Source: Camelus ferus (lineage: Eukaryota). Taken from it: a DNA stretch of 64,000 bases. Position 1 is the first letter of the stretch; each line of letters starts with the position of its first letter. Shown piece after piece: positions 1-13,627 of the stretch. The position numbers and the translations under genes are program-made. The notes under the pieces are model-generated. The model searched no databases. It was not told the origin of the DNA and saw only the letters and a program-made list of their open reading frames with translations. Location: the NCBI RefSeq assembly GCF_009834535.1, contig NC_045705.1:32550001-32614000 (forward strand), read 5' to 3'.

Positions 1-428
1 AATACAGACAACCCTGGACATTTTGCTGCCATAGAGCAGAGGGTTGCCAATTGCCATGTTGCCATGTACCTGTCAAAGGCCATCACAGCGAGAATAAAAA
101 TCTCTACGTGGACAAGGGCTATAAAGAAGAAACACTGTACCAAGCAACCAGCGTAAGAAATAGTTTTTGTCTCTGATAACAGGTTTTCCAACATTTTAGG
201 GGTGACACTGGAAGAAAACCACACATCCACTAATGACAGATGACTTAGAAAAAAGTACATGGGGCTGCCGAGCTGTGGACTGACCTTAATTAACATGATC
301 ATGCTGATATTACCCGCCACGGTGATGATGTAGACCAGCAGGAAAGTGATGAAGAAGAGGACTTGCCATTCCCGGCGACTGGTGAGTCCCAAGAGAATAA
401 ACTCTGTCACATCGGTGACATTGAGCAT
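1..428 (-). pseudogene. OR5M3: OR5M3-like olfactory receptor, 5' part (continues past left edge), frameshifted by an 8-bp duplication
   Basis: ATG at 428 reads [26 protein letters not shown]...[10 protein letters not shown]...MAFDRYMA, matching recalled human OR5M3 ([26 protein letters not shown]). TGCCATGT is tandemly repeated at 52-59 and 60-67, shifting the frame right after MAFDRYMA. Confidence 0.8.
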
Positions 429-3144
429 TTTCTCAGTTCTGGGTGGATATGAGTTACAAATTCCTGTGAAAACTAAAAGGAAATAAATTTTGAAATCACA
501 TATTGACTATTAATTTTTATTTTCATCCATGCCCTTTTTCATTTTTTTCTTTATTAAATATCTGTGACTGCATTTTGCTACTCTTTTCAGCAAATCATTT
601 CTGACCATTTGCTAATGTAACGTACTCTCGGAAGGCTCCCTGGTTGGATAAATACAGAGTCTACTTACATAACAGGTGTACGAAATGTGATTGAAATACG
701 CTAGTACTCGATAGTGAATTTAGCCAAATTTCCAAGACCACTTCTTCAACATCCCTTTTTTCCAACACTGGCTTGTTTGGTATTTTCATATTTTGAAGAT
801 GTTTTGGAGGTCTATAGTTCTCTTTTTATCATCACTCAAAATTACTATGTTATCTCTGTTTCATCATAGGCATATTCTCCATGATTAGAGAAGGAAGCCA
901 CTTAATCAAGTAATTCATCAGCCCTAATTGTCAAATAAAAATTATTTTTAATCTAACCTCATCCTTGGACTCATTTAAAGAGGGATGAACTGATGATCAC
1001 AGCAGTCATCAAAATAAAGGTGTAAGCCATTTATACACATTCCTACATTATGCACAGTACCTGGACATGGACTCTTGGCATCTCTAATGTGTAATTATAA
1101 TCTACCAGACATCATCCACTCTTATGTTCTGGAGATCAAATATAAGTGAGACAAGGAGATTAATGTCTATTTAGAGTGGTATTGATGTCAATAGTCTTTC
1201 TAAAACTGTGGTGTACTCTTACAGAGTTATACTGGAGGCAGAAAGTGGGGAATGTTTGCCTTTTCCTTGGCAATCCAATGGAGTTCTTCTTGGATATAGG
1301 TTGTGTCATAGGAACATTTTTCTAGAACAATATTTCCGAAATTATTTTCCTATAGAAACACGAGTGCTCTGTATGCTGTTAATAGGTATTGTGGAGAAAA
1401 ATCCACAAGGGTTCATTCATCAGATAATGAGAAATCTTTATATCTTCTGCAAACTCTTAGAGACACATGACTTATCTAGTAAAGGTAAACTGTGAGAAGC
1501 TGTGTGGGAAAGAATTCTATTATGCTTAGTCTAGCTGGCATTTACTTAGCTTAAAGATGAAGGAAAGGAGAGAGAATAATAAAGCAAAAAGAGAGACACA
1601 GAGAGAGAGTTCCTCAAAATCAGCCAACATTGAGGTTCTTTGGAACACAGAGAGTAATTCTATCAAAAAAGATTCCAGAGAGAGCTTTGCAACAGGGCGA
1701 TGAGTTTGTTGGAGCTGGGACTGCGCCATGCTCTCCAAGGGCTAAATGTCATTTGATTATTCCCCAAACCCTTGTTTTCACCTCCAGGATTACACTTGGT
1801 GCAACTACCCTTTGATGCGTATCCAAAGTTATCCTCGTGTTAGGACCAGGAAAGATAAGAGCAGGTAAGAAGATGACCTCATTGCCAGAGTGAAAATAAA
1901 CACACTCTTATTCACAAAGGTAATCCACTGCCTTCTACTCACCCCGTTTGGAAAGAAAGGTTTTTCATGAGGAAGGAGAATGCTACGAACCCAAGTAAAT
2001 TAGACTGACAAATGATTCCTGAGTCTTAGGCTAATTAGTAAAAAATTGAGGCATTAACTCATGGCTTAAAAATATTAGGAATAATAAGAGTTAAAATTGG
2101 AAAAGATAAAATCCTTTGTTTTGTGATGTAAAGAATACCATTCTTTCTGTATAATTTTGGTTTCTTCTCCCCATCCAACCACCTCCCCATCCCAAGGCTT
2201 CATGTCACCTTTATGGAACTCATTCTCCCCTTGAAGAGTTTTCAATGGTCAATTGGACGTGACCATTTGGATTTAAGAATACGTAGTCAGACACAGACAC
2301 ATTAAAGCTTAGAGAACACATGTGATCACTTGGGATTATAGTTTGGCATCAATCTATGCCTAAAGCAGAGTTTCCTTAAAATTATATTAAAGATTAAATC
2401 AAGCGCTTGATTTGCTATTGCTCAGCTTATGATTCATAGTCTGTGTATTAATAAATTTACTAAAATTATGTATCTACCAATTTATCATTCATGCTATAAA
2501 ACTTATATTATCTTCTTAAAGGAATATATTTGTGAGTCTTTAGGAAGTAAAAGGTGACATCAAATCACCAGGTGGAAAGTAGTAATATGGGTATTTTTTG
2601 TTTGGGTTTTTTTTTTTAATTCCAAAGTTTCTCAGATATGCTCAGTAACCACGTGTGGCACTTGTAAAGCTAAAAAAAAATGTAAAGTAATGCAAACAAA
2701 ATTATAAACCAGTTGCGTTATGACAGGCGATTGAGTGACTACGGTGATGGTGTGGTTTGCTCTCGACAGTGTGGAGCAAATGCGTCACAACCTGCTTCTA
2801 TATTCATATATATCTCCTGTGACAACCCAATTCTTCACATCTTTTTATTTTTTGAACTTCCGTGGAATCATTCTGACATAAAGATAAACTTATTTTTGAA
2901 CTATTTAGTTAAATATTGATGCCCACTCAAATTAAAACCTTGTTCAACTTTGTATTTAACCATCAAAAAACTGTTTTCACAGATTTGGGAAAAAACAAAA
3001 AACAGGTAATACCAAATAGGAAGACAAATTGATAAAACATTCTCATTCTCTGCTGGTTGCACGCTTCTGTAGTGTGTTGCTACGTGCTCGGCTTTAGAGC
3101 GGAGCCTAGAAAGTCTGGAAAGGAGAGCAAACATATTTTGAGTA

Positions 3145-3456
3145 CAGTCAGCCTTCTTGCAGGTTCCACACCCATGGATACAATGAACCTCGAATGGAAA
3201 AATTTTGTTTTTAATCCAGAAAGTTCCAAAAGCCAAAACTTGAATTTGCCAGGCCATGGTAACTCTTTACATAACATTTGCATCGCATTGGGTGTTAGAA
3301 GTCATCTAGAGATGATTTAAAGTATGGGGTGTGCATCAGTTATGTGCAAAAACTATGCCGTTCTGTAGAAGGGACTTGAGCATCTGCGGACTTCAGTATC
3401 CTGGGATGCAGTGGGGGTCCTGGAACGCATCCCTCTCAGATACTGAGGGAGGACTG
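3145..3456 (+). mobile_element. Non-autonomous TcMar-Tigger DNA transposon (Tigger3a/MER2-like)
   Basis: Flanked by TA on both sides. Imperfect terminal inverted repeats cagtcagccttc...gagggaggactg. Internal ccagaaagttccaaaagccaaaacttgaatttgcc and ctagagatgatttaaagtat match the recalled consensus. Confidence 0.8.
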
Positions 3457-5229
3457 TATCTGTCCTGAATGTGCTGTAGGATCATTTCGAGCTGCCTGTG
3501 AACATGTTCAGTCCATGGGAACAGGAACGGGAAAATCAGATCACAGATCTGTAAACTGCCCAAACTATGCTAATTCATTTGTAAAAATGTAAAAAATAAT
3601 ATATTAACTTTTGAAAAAGAAGAATTTCCTTAACAAGAAAAAATGGATTTTTTAAGATTCACAGGTTCATAGACAAAGAGAAATTAGTGGAAGATCTGTT
3701 TAAGACAGCATCACAAAAGACAGGGGAAATACGAAGATGAAGGGGAGATTCTGTGCCTGGAACAGGATGTCAAGCCTTTCCACAGATCACACTGATGCGG
3801 AGTCAGCAGAGTGTGCCTGGGCTGCCTGTGGTTTTCACACTCTTGGATTTATCAGAGATTAGCAATAGAGGAATTCTTGTTTGAAAACCAGATCTAATTA
3901 CAGACAACCAAGGATGACTGAGAAAAAAAAGAAGATATAAAAAAGTGGTGGTGTTAGTACTTTGCAAAAATTAAATCCATGTAAACGTGCGTGGTGATTA
4001 GCCAGATGATACACAGTGTTGGTGAGCTCACAGGAAAGTGGAATGATCAGCTCTGATCTCAGCGGGTGTGAGATCTGGGGGAAAAGGAGGGTCTGGGGAA
4101 CTTAGAAGCACTGACAGGATTTTCCTCACCATCTCCTGGCAAAGCAGATGTACCCAAACAGCCATACTGCAGCATTTTGTATTTCAAATTAAGTTACCCA
4201 TAAATGTGGATTCTTTCTCCTTCAGGTTCAGGCATGAGAGAATATTAAGTATTCCATTTAAAGAATTCTGTTGCTTTGTCAGACCCTGGCTCAATTCTGG
4301 CTCCATGACTTATTTAAGAACTTGGACAGGATTACTCTTGTTTTGTTTATAATTTCACTGTACTAATATGATGTAACAATAATAACAGTATTGATTTCTT
4401 TGTGTGTTTGTGAATATGAAAAGATTTATTACACATTAACACATAATAAATATTCAAGGCACAATTATTATTAAATGCACTCCTGGAAATTGTAGCTTCC
4501 ATTAATAGTTTGCAATAATCAAATAATCAAATCTCTATTGAAAATTTCTTTCTGTTTCTCTCTCTGACACACACAAATACAGATCTACACACAGATAACA
4601 TTTATGAAATAATGTTAATTATGTTAATGTTAATGATAAAGAATAAATGTAAATAAAATTCAAGATGCAACCTTCATTTTCCAGTTCCAGATCGATGCAT
4701 TTGTGTACCAACCTCAGAATGAACAGAAGTGTTCCCAGAAAGAATGCAGAATTAAAAAGTGGAGGCTGTAGAAGAGATGGCAAACATCATCAACCAGGCA
4801 AAAGAGAAACTGGAAGGACACAGGAGAAGTCTTCCTTAAATGTTTACATTAGGAAACAAGAAGCAATTAAGAAGATTTCTTCAGAAATGACCCTGAGGAA
4901 AGTGCATCTCCAGAGGAACACATACTGATGAGATTGTGGGTTGTTTTTTTTATATACAATTAGCACAATTTTATTTTTCCCCAAACTCAAACTCAAGTTA
5001 TTTTGAAAGTGTCCTGGGATCAAATGACATAATTTGCTTTGGGTTTGCATCACACTAAACCTGGTGATGGTGTCACTCGACCTGCATAAGCCAGTCCCGT
5101 GTTCTGTACTTCACGGTCTGTGCGACTCAGCTTTTCCAGTGAAAGATGAAACAAGTATGAGTCCCTGTAACTAGAATTATGACCTAGCACACAACTGCGT
5201 GGCTCAGCTCTAAGCCACCTGCAGAGGTT

Positions 5230-5515
5230 TTTTGCTCAATTATCATCTCGATGAAATCTGCCTTCATTCCCATGCCTAAATTAGAAGCACTCTTTTGCTC
5301 TTTTATATCATATTTTTTTCCAGATTTCACCATAACATATCTAACATACTATATGATTTATTTATATATTATGCTAATTATTTACATATTTCTCACACCA
5401 CTAGACTCATGAGATCAAGAATTTCTTTTTTTTGTTTTGCTCATTGATAACAAATAACTAAAACAGTGCCTGGTACATAATAGGCACTCAGCTAATATTT
5501 GTTAGATGAATGAGT
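5230..5515 (+). mobile_element. L2 LINE 3' end remnant
   Basis: Ends with aacagtgcctggtacataataggcactcagctaatatttgttagatgaatgagtg, the typical L2 3' terminus. Confidence 0.7.
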
Positions 5516-5789
5516 GGTTAATTAAAGAACAGATTATAATGATGGGGAACGAACTAAGAGAAATAGAAACAAGTTTATGTATAATATTACTGGCATTTAA
5601 AAATTATCAGGAACAGGGAGATTATTAAAAAAAACAAGTGGCAATTAATATTTTATGAAAATTAGTATTAGTTTCTTGCTTCAGACCACATGCAAAAAAG
5701 AAATTCTAAATTGTTTAAATTAAGCATAAATATGCTAATGTATGTACCCATTGCATGAGCTGTTATGTGAATGATTATAGTTTGTTTAT

Positions 5790-5980
5790 TTATTTATTTA
5801 TTTATTAAACATTTTATTTTTATATTTTATTTATTTGTTATTATACTTTAAATTGTTTTGTTTTGGCAGTGACGGGGTGGTAATTAAGTTTATTTTTTTT
5901 AGAGGAGATACTGGGGATTGAACCCAGAACCTCATGCATGCTAAGCACGTGCTCTACCACTCGAGCTATCCCCTCCCCCC
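5790..5980 (-). mobile_element. tRNA-derived SINE (camelid Vic-1-like)
   Basis: Reverse complement gives ggggaggggatagctcgagtggtagagcacgtgcttagcatgcatgaggttctgggttcaatccccag (A and B boxes) with an A-rich tail. Candidate TSD tatagtttgtttat (5776-5789) / tacagtttgcttat (5982-5995). Confidence 0.85.
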
Positions 5981-7536
5981 ATACAGTTTGCTTATAATTG
6001 TTAAAATAACACAGCTGGCCATAACAACCTCTAAAATCTTTTGGTTTTCAAGTGGACTAAGTTTTACAATCTATGGTCAAGAGAGAGCTAAGTAGAGAAA
6101 ATAGTTCTGTTGTGGGTGAAGTAGGCCATTTGGAGTAAATTACTAAACGTAGTGGAAGGGGAAATAGTGTAATACGAGACTGCATATAACACAACGTATA
6201 GTGTAATAAATGACATAATTATGTTGGTTAATTTGTGTTACAACTAGTCTGATCCTTTGGAAAATTCCTAAGTAGCAACTCCTGCAAAGTCTTGATCAGG
6301 TTGACTACTCTGAAACACACGGACCCACACAAACACACACACACATACAAACAGAAATATCCATACATGTACATGTATGTGGATGGGTGTGTAACAGGTA
6401 TGTATACATGTATATACACATATATAATGCATGCATGATTTTGCTTTATTTGTGAAAATCCTGCTTTATGTTTTAAATTTCTTGACAAAATATTGTTAGA
6501 TAAAAGAAAATGAACAGGACTTCAATCCTGACAAGAAATGTTACAGATTTTGTGCGTTTACAATCAAAATCAGCAATTTGTGCCTCAAATTGTTCTCATC
6601 TTTTAAGTAAAAGTATTTTGAAACAGAGGCAACAATATCATTAAAAAAACACAATTCAGGGCATCTGTTATATTGATGACGTTAATTTTAAAAACAGATA
6701 TAAAATGGATGACAAGTTACAAATGCATATAGTTAGAACCAGTGAGGGTTCAGCTGGTTTCTACTACCACCAAACCCTAAAACACTTCAAAAATAAGGAA
6801 AAAAAGAAAAAGTAAATATATCTCTACACTTTCCCCAATGGATTTATGGAAATACAATCCAAAACTAACCAATGAGATTGTGTCATTACCTCTGATAGTC
6901 ATCATAAGGTAAGACACAAATAGGATTTAAATACATATGTTTCCATGTAAATGAGGTTTATTTAATTGATTAGCATACATTTGAAAAGGTAAACTCATAT
7001 AGCATACAGTTAAATTCATTAGCACTTCTTACATGGAGCTTGTAACATATTCTGCAGAAATGATTCCACTGTCAGGGCTGTTGTCTACAATTATACCAAT
7101 GACTACTAGTGAAATAATAGTCAATTTAAGTATTTAAAAATAACAACACACATCCTGAACCACCACCTCCTTTAGATGCAAGAAGGGACCATTGCAGTTC
7201 TTCTAAACACAGAATTGAAAGAGTGGACTTGTAAAATACTGAAAAGCCATAACAAACACTTCCAGCTCCAAAATGACCTGCCGACTTTGACACTGTGTGG
7301 GAAAGGATGCTGTTGTCAGCATGCTTTCATCTCGTCATGTGTTATAGACCCCAGGAGTCTTGTTTACAATGTGCTTCTTTTATCCTTACATCTTACTCCT
7401 TATTCAATTGTATAGTATCTTTGTCTGTTCATTGAAAACAAAAATAACAATTTTTCTCAACATTATCCAAGAGAAATGGTTAATTCTAACCCTTCTATTG
7501 AACCATGGGTCTCGTCATACGTTTTAAGTTTCTATT

Positions 7537-8468
7537 TTATTTCATTAAGTATGTCCTACTGACCGCTTTGCTCATGGTCTCCTTCACATCTTTGTTCCTG
7601 AGGCTGTAGATCATGGGATTCAACATGGGAATCTCCGTGGTATAAAACACAGCTACCATTTTCCCCTGCTCCACAGACTCTTCAGTTGGACTTCTGAGGT
7701 ACATGAAGAAGAGAGTTCCATAAAATATGGTGACAGCTGTCAAATGAGATGCACATGTGGAGAAGGCTTTCTTTCTTCCTTCTGCTGAGTGCATTCTTAG
7801 GATGGCAATAAGGATAAATATGTAGGAGATGATAATGACTAGTAAAGAGTAAGAGAAGTTGAGACCCGCCAATGTGAGCATGGTGTATTCTTTAATGAAG
7901 GTTCCTGTGCAGGCCATCTTGATGAGGGCTGGGTCTGCACAGTAGAAGTGGTTGATCTCAATATTCCCACAGAAGTACAAGCCATGGGTCCACAATGTGG
8001 AGATGAAACTTATAAAGAAGCCATATACATAAGGGAAAGAGATCAGTCGAATACAGACAATCCTTGACACTCTACTGCCGTAGAGCAGAGGTTGCCAATT
8101 GCCATGTACCTGTCAAAGGCCATCACAGCGAGGATGAAGACTTCTACATGGACGAAGGCAATGAAGAAGAAACACTGCACTATACAGCCAGGGTAGGAAA
8201 TGGTTTTGGTCTCAGATATCAAATTTTCCAACATTTTGGGAGTGACGTTAGAGGAGAACCACACATCTGCAAAAGACAAGTGACTGAGGAAAAAATACAT
8301 GGGGCTGATGAGCTGGGGACTGATCCGGATGAGTATGATCACACCAACATCCCCAACCAGGGTGACGATGTAGACCAGTAAGAAGACCACAAAGAACAGC
8401 AGCTGTAATTCAGGGCGACTAGTTAGTCCCAAGAGAATAAATTCTGTCACATCAGTAAAAGTGAGCAT
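7537..8468 (-). pseudogene. OR5M3/OR5M9-clade olfactory receptor with a single 1-bp deletion
   Basis: ORFs 8043-8468 ([16 protein letters not shown]...[11 protein letters not shown]) and 7537-8070 (...HFYCADP...KAFSTCASH...[16 protein letters not shown]) join into a full OR if one base is restored at ~8090 (gaggttg here versus gagggttg at 39-46). Confidence 0.9.
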
Positions 8469-10599
8469 TTTCTTGAATGTGATCCAGGCAGAGATGCACT
8501 TTGTCTAATAAAATAAACAGAAATAAAAAATACACATCTCAATTATAGTCATTCTTCATTTGTATTTTATCTTCCTGATCCCTCTTTCAATTCCTCTGCA
8601 AGTTTTCTTTTCATCTCTCCTCTCCTTCCCCCATGTCTTTACTTAGCAGTATTTCTTTCCCTTATGCACATATATATACACATAAGTTTTCTTTTACAGA
8701 GAAAGTGGCAGAATAATATAAAATTATAGAATATAATGACATAGCTTATTGCATCTAGTTTTACTTGTTTATAAAGAAAAAGTTTACAGTGAGAATTTTT
8801 GTTCTGACTCTCTCCTGGAAAGGGAAAGAACTTTTACTAATGGCCCCAACTTTTAGGAAGTGCATACATTTTATTTATTCACTAGATTTATAGAGTTAGA
8901 AGGTCTATAAAATATGTAAGAAATTTATTCAAAGTCATAGGCAGAGAAATGCTGATCCATAATCAGAAAGTTAAATGATACCTCCATTTCTTAACCTTGA
9001 AAGCTTGAGTTGTTTTTATTTAAAATATGACTTAATAACACTGTATAAAATGGTTTAAAATAAAACAACTATCTTTATTGGAAAAAAAGAAAAGAAAAAA
9101 ACCTCTTAAAGCATTACATTGATTTAGTGATTTTTTTTTTATTTTGAAAATCAACATAAGAAAATGAATCCTTGCCAGCCATTGTCCATGTTGCAAATAA
9201 GCCTAAAAGAGATAAATTGAAGCATCACCTCCATTTTTTTAAACTCTTCTCCTCCCTTGAGTCTTGAAGCATTAACACATTCTATAGCAGTCTCTTCCTT
9301 TTTTCTTAGAACTTTGAATAAAATAGGAACAACAGAAAACTAAATGAAGGACTGTATTATTCTTCTATAATTATTTACACTTTAATGAAATTTTTAAAAT
9401 GTACCAGAAAGTGAAGGAAAATTTTTGAGGGTTTAGAGAGGAAGTTTCTTTTTTATACTTTTTGGCTGTATCAGATTAAGATGGCCGATCTGTCTGGATT
9501 CTGGACCCTTCTAGCACATTTTGATACGCTAGTTTAAATATTTTGAGCTCATTTACCAGCAGTAAGATTTTACTTATGGTCTATTTATTTATGGGCCATG
9601 GGAGTGCACAGCTGATGGTTCTTCATAAAATATCCTGTATTTGCCATCAAAGTACAAGTTAGAAAAACATCATCATCACTTTTATATTTATTTATTCATC
9701 CATTCATTCATGTAGTTAACACTTTTCTGAAAAATCACTGGTTCTTCTCTTATCTATAATAAGCTGTTATGACCAACCTGTTTCTTGCCTATTTCTCTTC
9801 CTACCCATCATTAGTTGAGATGTATCCTTCCTTCTTCATCCCCTAGAATTTGTCTCTATCTTAGCTTCCTTGTTATGTCTGTGCCTCCCACTACTCATCT
9901 CTTGGTTGAAATTTATGTGATAGATATCAGATGGAGATTGGAAAAATAATAGATGATTTTCATCCTCCCCTGGAATGTTGGTAGTGACTAAAGTAAAGTA
10001 AAAAGAATGACACTCTAGGTTGCCTCTGCCAAAGCACCAAATGCAAACAGGTGTTACCTCATCTAACCATGAACTGGTAAAAGAAGGAAATAGAGAATGC
10101 TGTCAAGTCTATTCGAATATCCTCTTTGTGCTTCAGGGAGATCTGCAGGATTCTTTTTGCCTCCTCTTCCAAATAATTAGCCACTTCCCGCACATTTAGG
10201 TAAGAAATCTGTTTATGTTCCCAGCCTCCTCTATACGCTCTATACAGGCATTGTAAAGAAACATTTTCTACAATGTTATTGATTTATTTGATGTTTAATA
10301 AACCTTATATATGTAATGAGAAGTTTTTAAACTGTTTTTTCACTTTTATAGCAAATGTAATCAAGAAATAGAAGCAAAAGGAAAATGGTATCAGGCTTTA
10401 AGCACTTTGTGATAAGCGTATCAGTGCATAAGTCAAGTTACATGAGCTTAGTTTTCAGCTCCAAGGAGGCCTTCAATTTTAGCTGCCACTGAATGACAAA
10501 TCTGCACAGGGGAGCAGAATGAGATTCAGTTGACCCTGTAATGAAATCCATCTATGTCTGCTACCAGCTCAGTCTGTGGTGGGAGAAATGTGGCATAAA

Positions 10600-10703
10600 T
10601 AGTGCCCACCCAATTTGGCCAGAAATTTCCCGGTTTAGGAATGTTAAGTTTTGCCTCTGGGAAACACCTCAGTCCTAGGCAAACCAAGATAATTGGCCAT
10701 CCT
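10600..10703. mobile_element. Short hAT-Tip100 MITE (MER96-like)
   Basis: gtgcccacccaatttggccagaaatttcccggttt...cctcagtcctaggcaaaccaagataattggccatcct resembles the recalled MER96 consensus with degenerate inverted ends. Confidence 0.5.
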
Positions 10704-13627
10704 AAGAAATGCTGGGCCCATGATTTACAACTGCCCAAGTCCTACAGGCTTCGTCAGGGAGCTAGCTGTAACAGGGCAGAGAATGCTAGAAGATCACATG
10801 CCAAGAGAAGATGTTTCCTCAGGCTACCCCCATGTGAAACCCCAACCACTAGTGTGTAGGAGGTGGAATGAGGAAAAGATGGTCTGGATTGGAAGGAGCA
10901 CAGGATCATTTATGAATGTTTTGAGGTCCAGTGTGCTTTTTTATCAATAACTGTGTTTGAACACACGTTACTGGTATCTTATACGTGCTAGTACTATATA
11001 AAAGTTTAATTTCATGACTTTATGTTTGTATATGAGGAGGAGAGAGAAGCAGAGACAGAAAGAGAGGGAGAGACTGAGACCAGCACTTGCACTGAAGAGA
11101 AAATGTCGTTAGCAGAGAAAACAGAAACACAGCGGTTTGATTGCCACGTAGTGACCCTTTATGGGGAGAATTCTCATTGTTTGTTGGGTAGGATGGTGTA
11201 CACTTTTGCCACTGAATGACTGCAGTTATTGGACAAGGGCATCAAACCAGAGCCCCCAACCACAACTGACTACCACTGCCACAGTGAGGCCTTTCTAACG
11301 GCACCTCCTAATATCCCTTCCAGAACATTCTCTTCCTACGGAGAATTACAAGGGCAACCTAGAGGGCTCACACTCTGGACTGACTTTATGAAAATACATG
11401 GACTCTACCTGTGCATGAACCTACCTGTGCATGAAGAAAAAATGTTCTTGGAAACATCTCATCTGATATCACCACTGCGTGATTCAGACGGATTTATAAG
11501 AGCTGGATTTCCCACTGTGGGGCTTTCTCACTGGAGAATATGGACAGAAAGCTGCAGAGATAATTAAAATGCTACAGATGGCATCACCTGTAGTGGAAAA
11601 TGAAACTCAAGAGCAAAATAACTCTCAGCAGAATTAGAGTTTTTTAAATTAGTTAATTAATTAAAGGGCTAAAAGAACTTGAGATTTTGCTTTTTGTCCT
11701 CTTTTTTTTTTTTACAGTGTTTTCTCTGTATCCTGGTGACTGTGCTGCATTTGTGGGTGGGAGTGGTTCTTAGTTTCCCATGTGATAATAATCATGTCAA
11801 TATTGCATCAGCCACAACATATATTTCAAATAATCTGTACTTAGCACAATTCTTTGTATTAATGAAGAACATTGCTCCCATTTTTCAGTAAGAAAGAATT
11901 GTAAGCAATGGGAGAATAAAGAAGGATGTCATATACACATGTAATGAGCCTCAGACGGGCTTTTCCTTGTCTGAAAGAATTAATGGACTTCTCTAAAACC
12001 CAACTTAATTCTTGCATTAGGGTTGACAGTTTTTTATTGCTGTGGTTTATATTTTGTTCTATTTTTTAACACTGTAAAAGAATTCCCCATACCACCCTGA
12101 ATGCGTCCGGTCTTGTCTTAATAAATTATTTTAATTGATAGAAGATGATCTACAATAGCTATCCTTCTCATGCCTATAGTTTCTACCCGTTTTGGAGAGA
12201 AAATAAATTAATGCACTTGAGGAATATAATTTTAATTTTTACTGACTTATAATTGCAAATGCCATGGGTATAATTTTTAGTTCATGATCTCTATATTGTA
12301 AGCTGTGCAACTTTATTCCTCTAATTGAGCTTAATTCATATCTTAAGGCTCCATTTTCCAAAGTGGAAGAAAGTTAACCTGACTAATTCCTACTCTGCTT
12401 TCCACAGGGTTGTTCCTGTGTAGAGGGTAAGTGTACCCCCAAAGCACTGGAAAACACAGTATTCTTAACCTTGGTGTCATTATCTTTAGACAGTGACATG
12501 CATTTATTTGTTTATTTATCTATTTACTATGTGCCTGAAATCCAGGAAAAAAAATAATATTAGTACCTGTTCGCATGGACCTTATATTCTAGTTTTATAG
12601 TGCCATTCTTACTGGATGCTTTCTCCATATTAGGAACTCTGCAACCTCTTAATTTTTCTTACTTTTATGTGCTTTTTGTTCCTTTGAGAAACAGGAAATA
12701 CTTTGGAGCTACCACACTCTACTGGACCACAGAAGCCCTTGGGAGACTGAGACCCTCCCTCTCCAGCCAGACACATGGGACAATCATTGTTTAGGGGAAT
12801 TGTTGCTTGTGGTTCAGTGAGAAAAAAAGAATACAGGCCACCCTTGTACTTGAATTCTAAAAATCTAATGGAATAAGTGTCATGTCTACCCTCTATTCCC
12901 AAATCTAACACAAAGAAATTGGATTAAGGTCATAGATTTCTCTGTTTCTCAGGCAAACACAGCCTGAAAACTTCGAGCTTACTTTTTGTCTCTCCCTTTC
13001 TCCAAAGATAAGATACTGTTTCAGATGTTAAAAACTCAGCTTTCACATTTATTATTTATTTCTGAGTCCCCTTTTCCTTGCGTCCTATGTATTTAATATA
13101 TAATTACATAGTATTAACGAACATTAACTGAATAAGCTTTTTAACAATAATAACTGAGAAGCAAGACCATTTGGACCACCTATCAGTCAACACATTTTTA
13201 ATAAATGCTCACAAACCCTGAAGACCATACTCCATTTCCTCATAATCATAACAATCACAGTATTGATAAATTGAGTTTCTATTGGCAAAATTGTTTTTAA
13301 GCAGAAGACTCATTTACTGAATTAATGCTTAGATTTTATTAACATTAAGAAAATAGTAATAATCATTATATATGAACTACTGCTTAGTATGTTCTTGCAT
13401 CTTCTATGAAACAGGTCTAGATGTGAGAGGAAGCACCACAGGGGTGCCCAGTACTTAGACTATTGGGCACATCCCTCCACTGGGTGCTGCTTCTCTCACC
13501 CCATGGTAATTCAGCCTGTAACCCCAAAAACGTATGTTTCTGGATCTAATATTTGAGGTTTGAGTAATGTGTTTTTCAGACCAGCCAAGTAACCTGATTC
13601 TAACTCTTTCTTGATTCTTGGGTTTCT

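Noticed and set aside
4660-4930. Purine-rich, coding-looking segment (possible processed pseudogene)
   Set aside because: I recognise no parent protein in any frame and see no clear poly(A) tail or TSD. It would need BLASTX.
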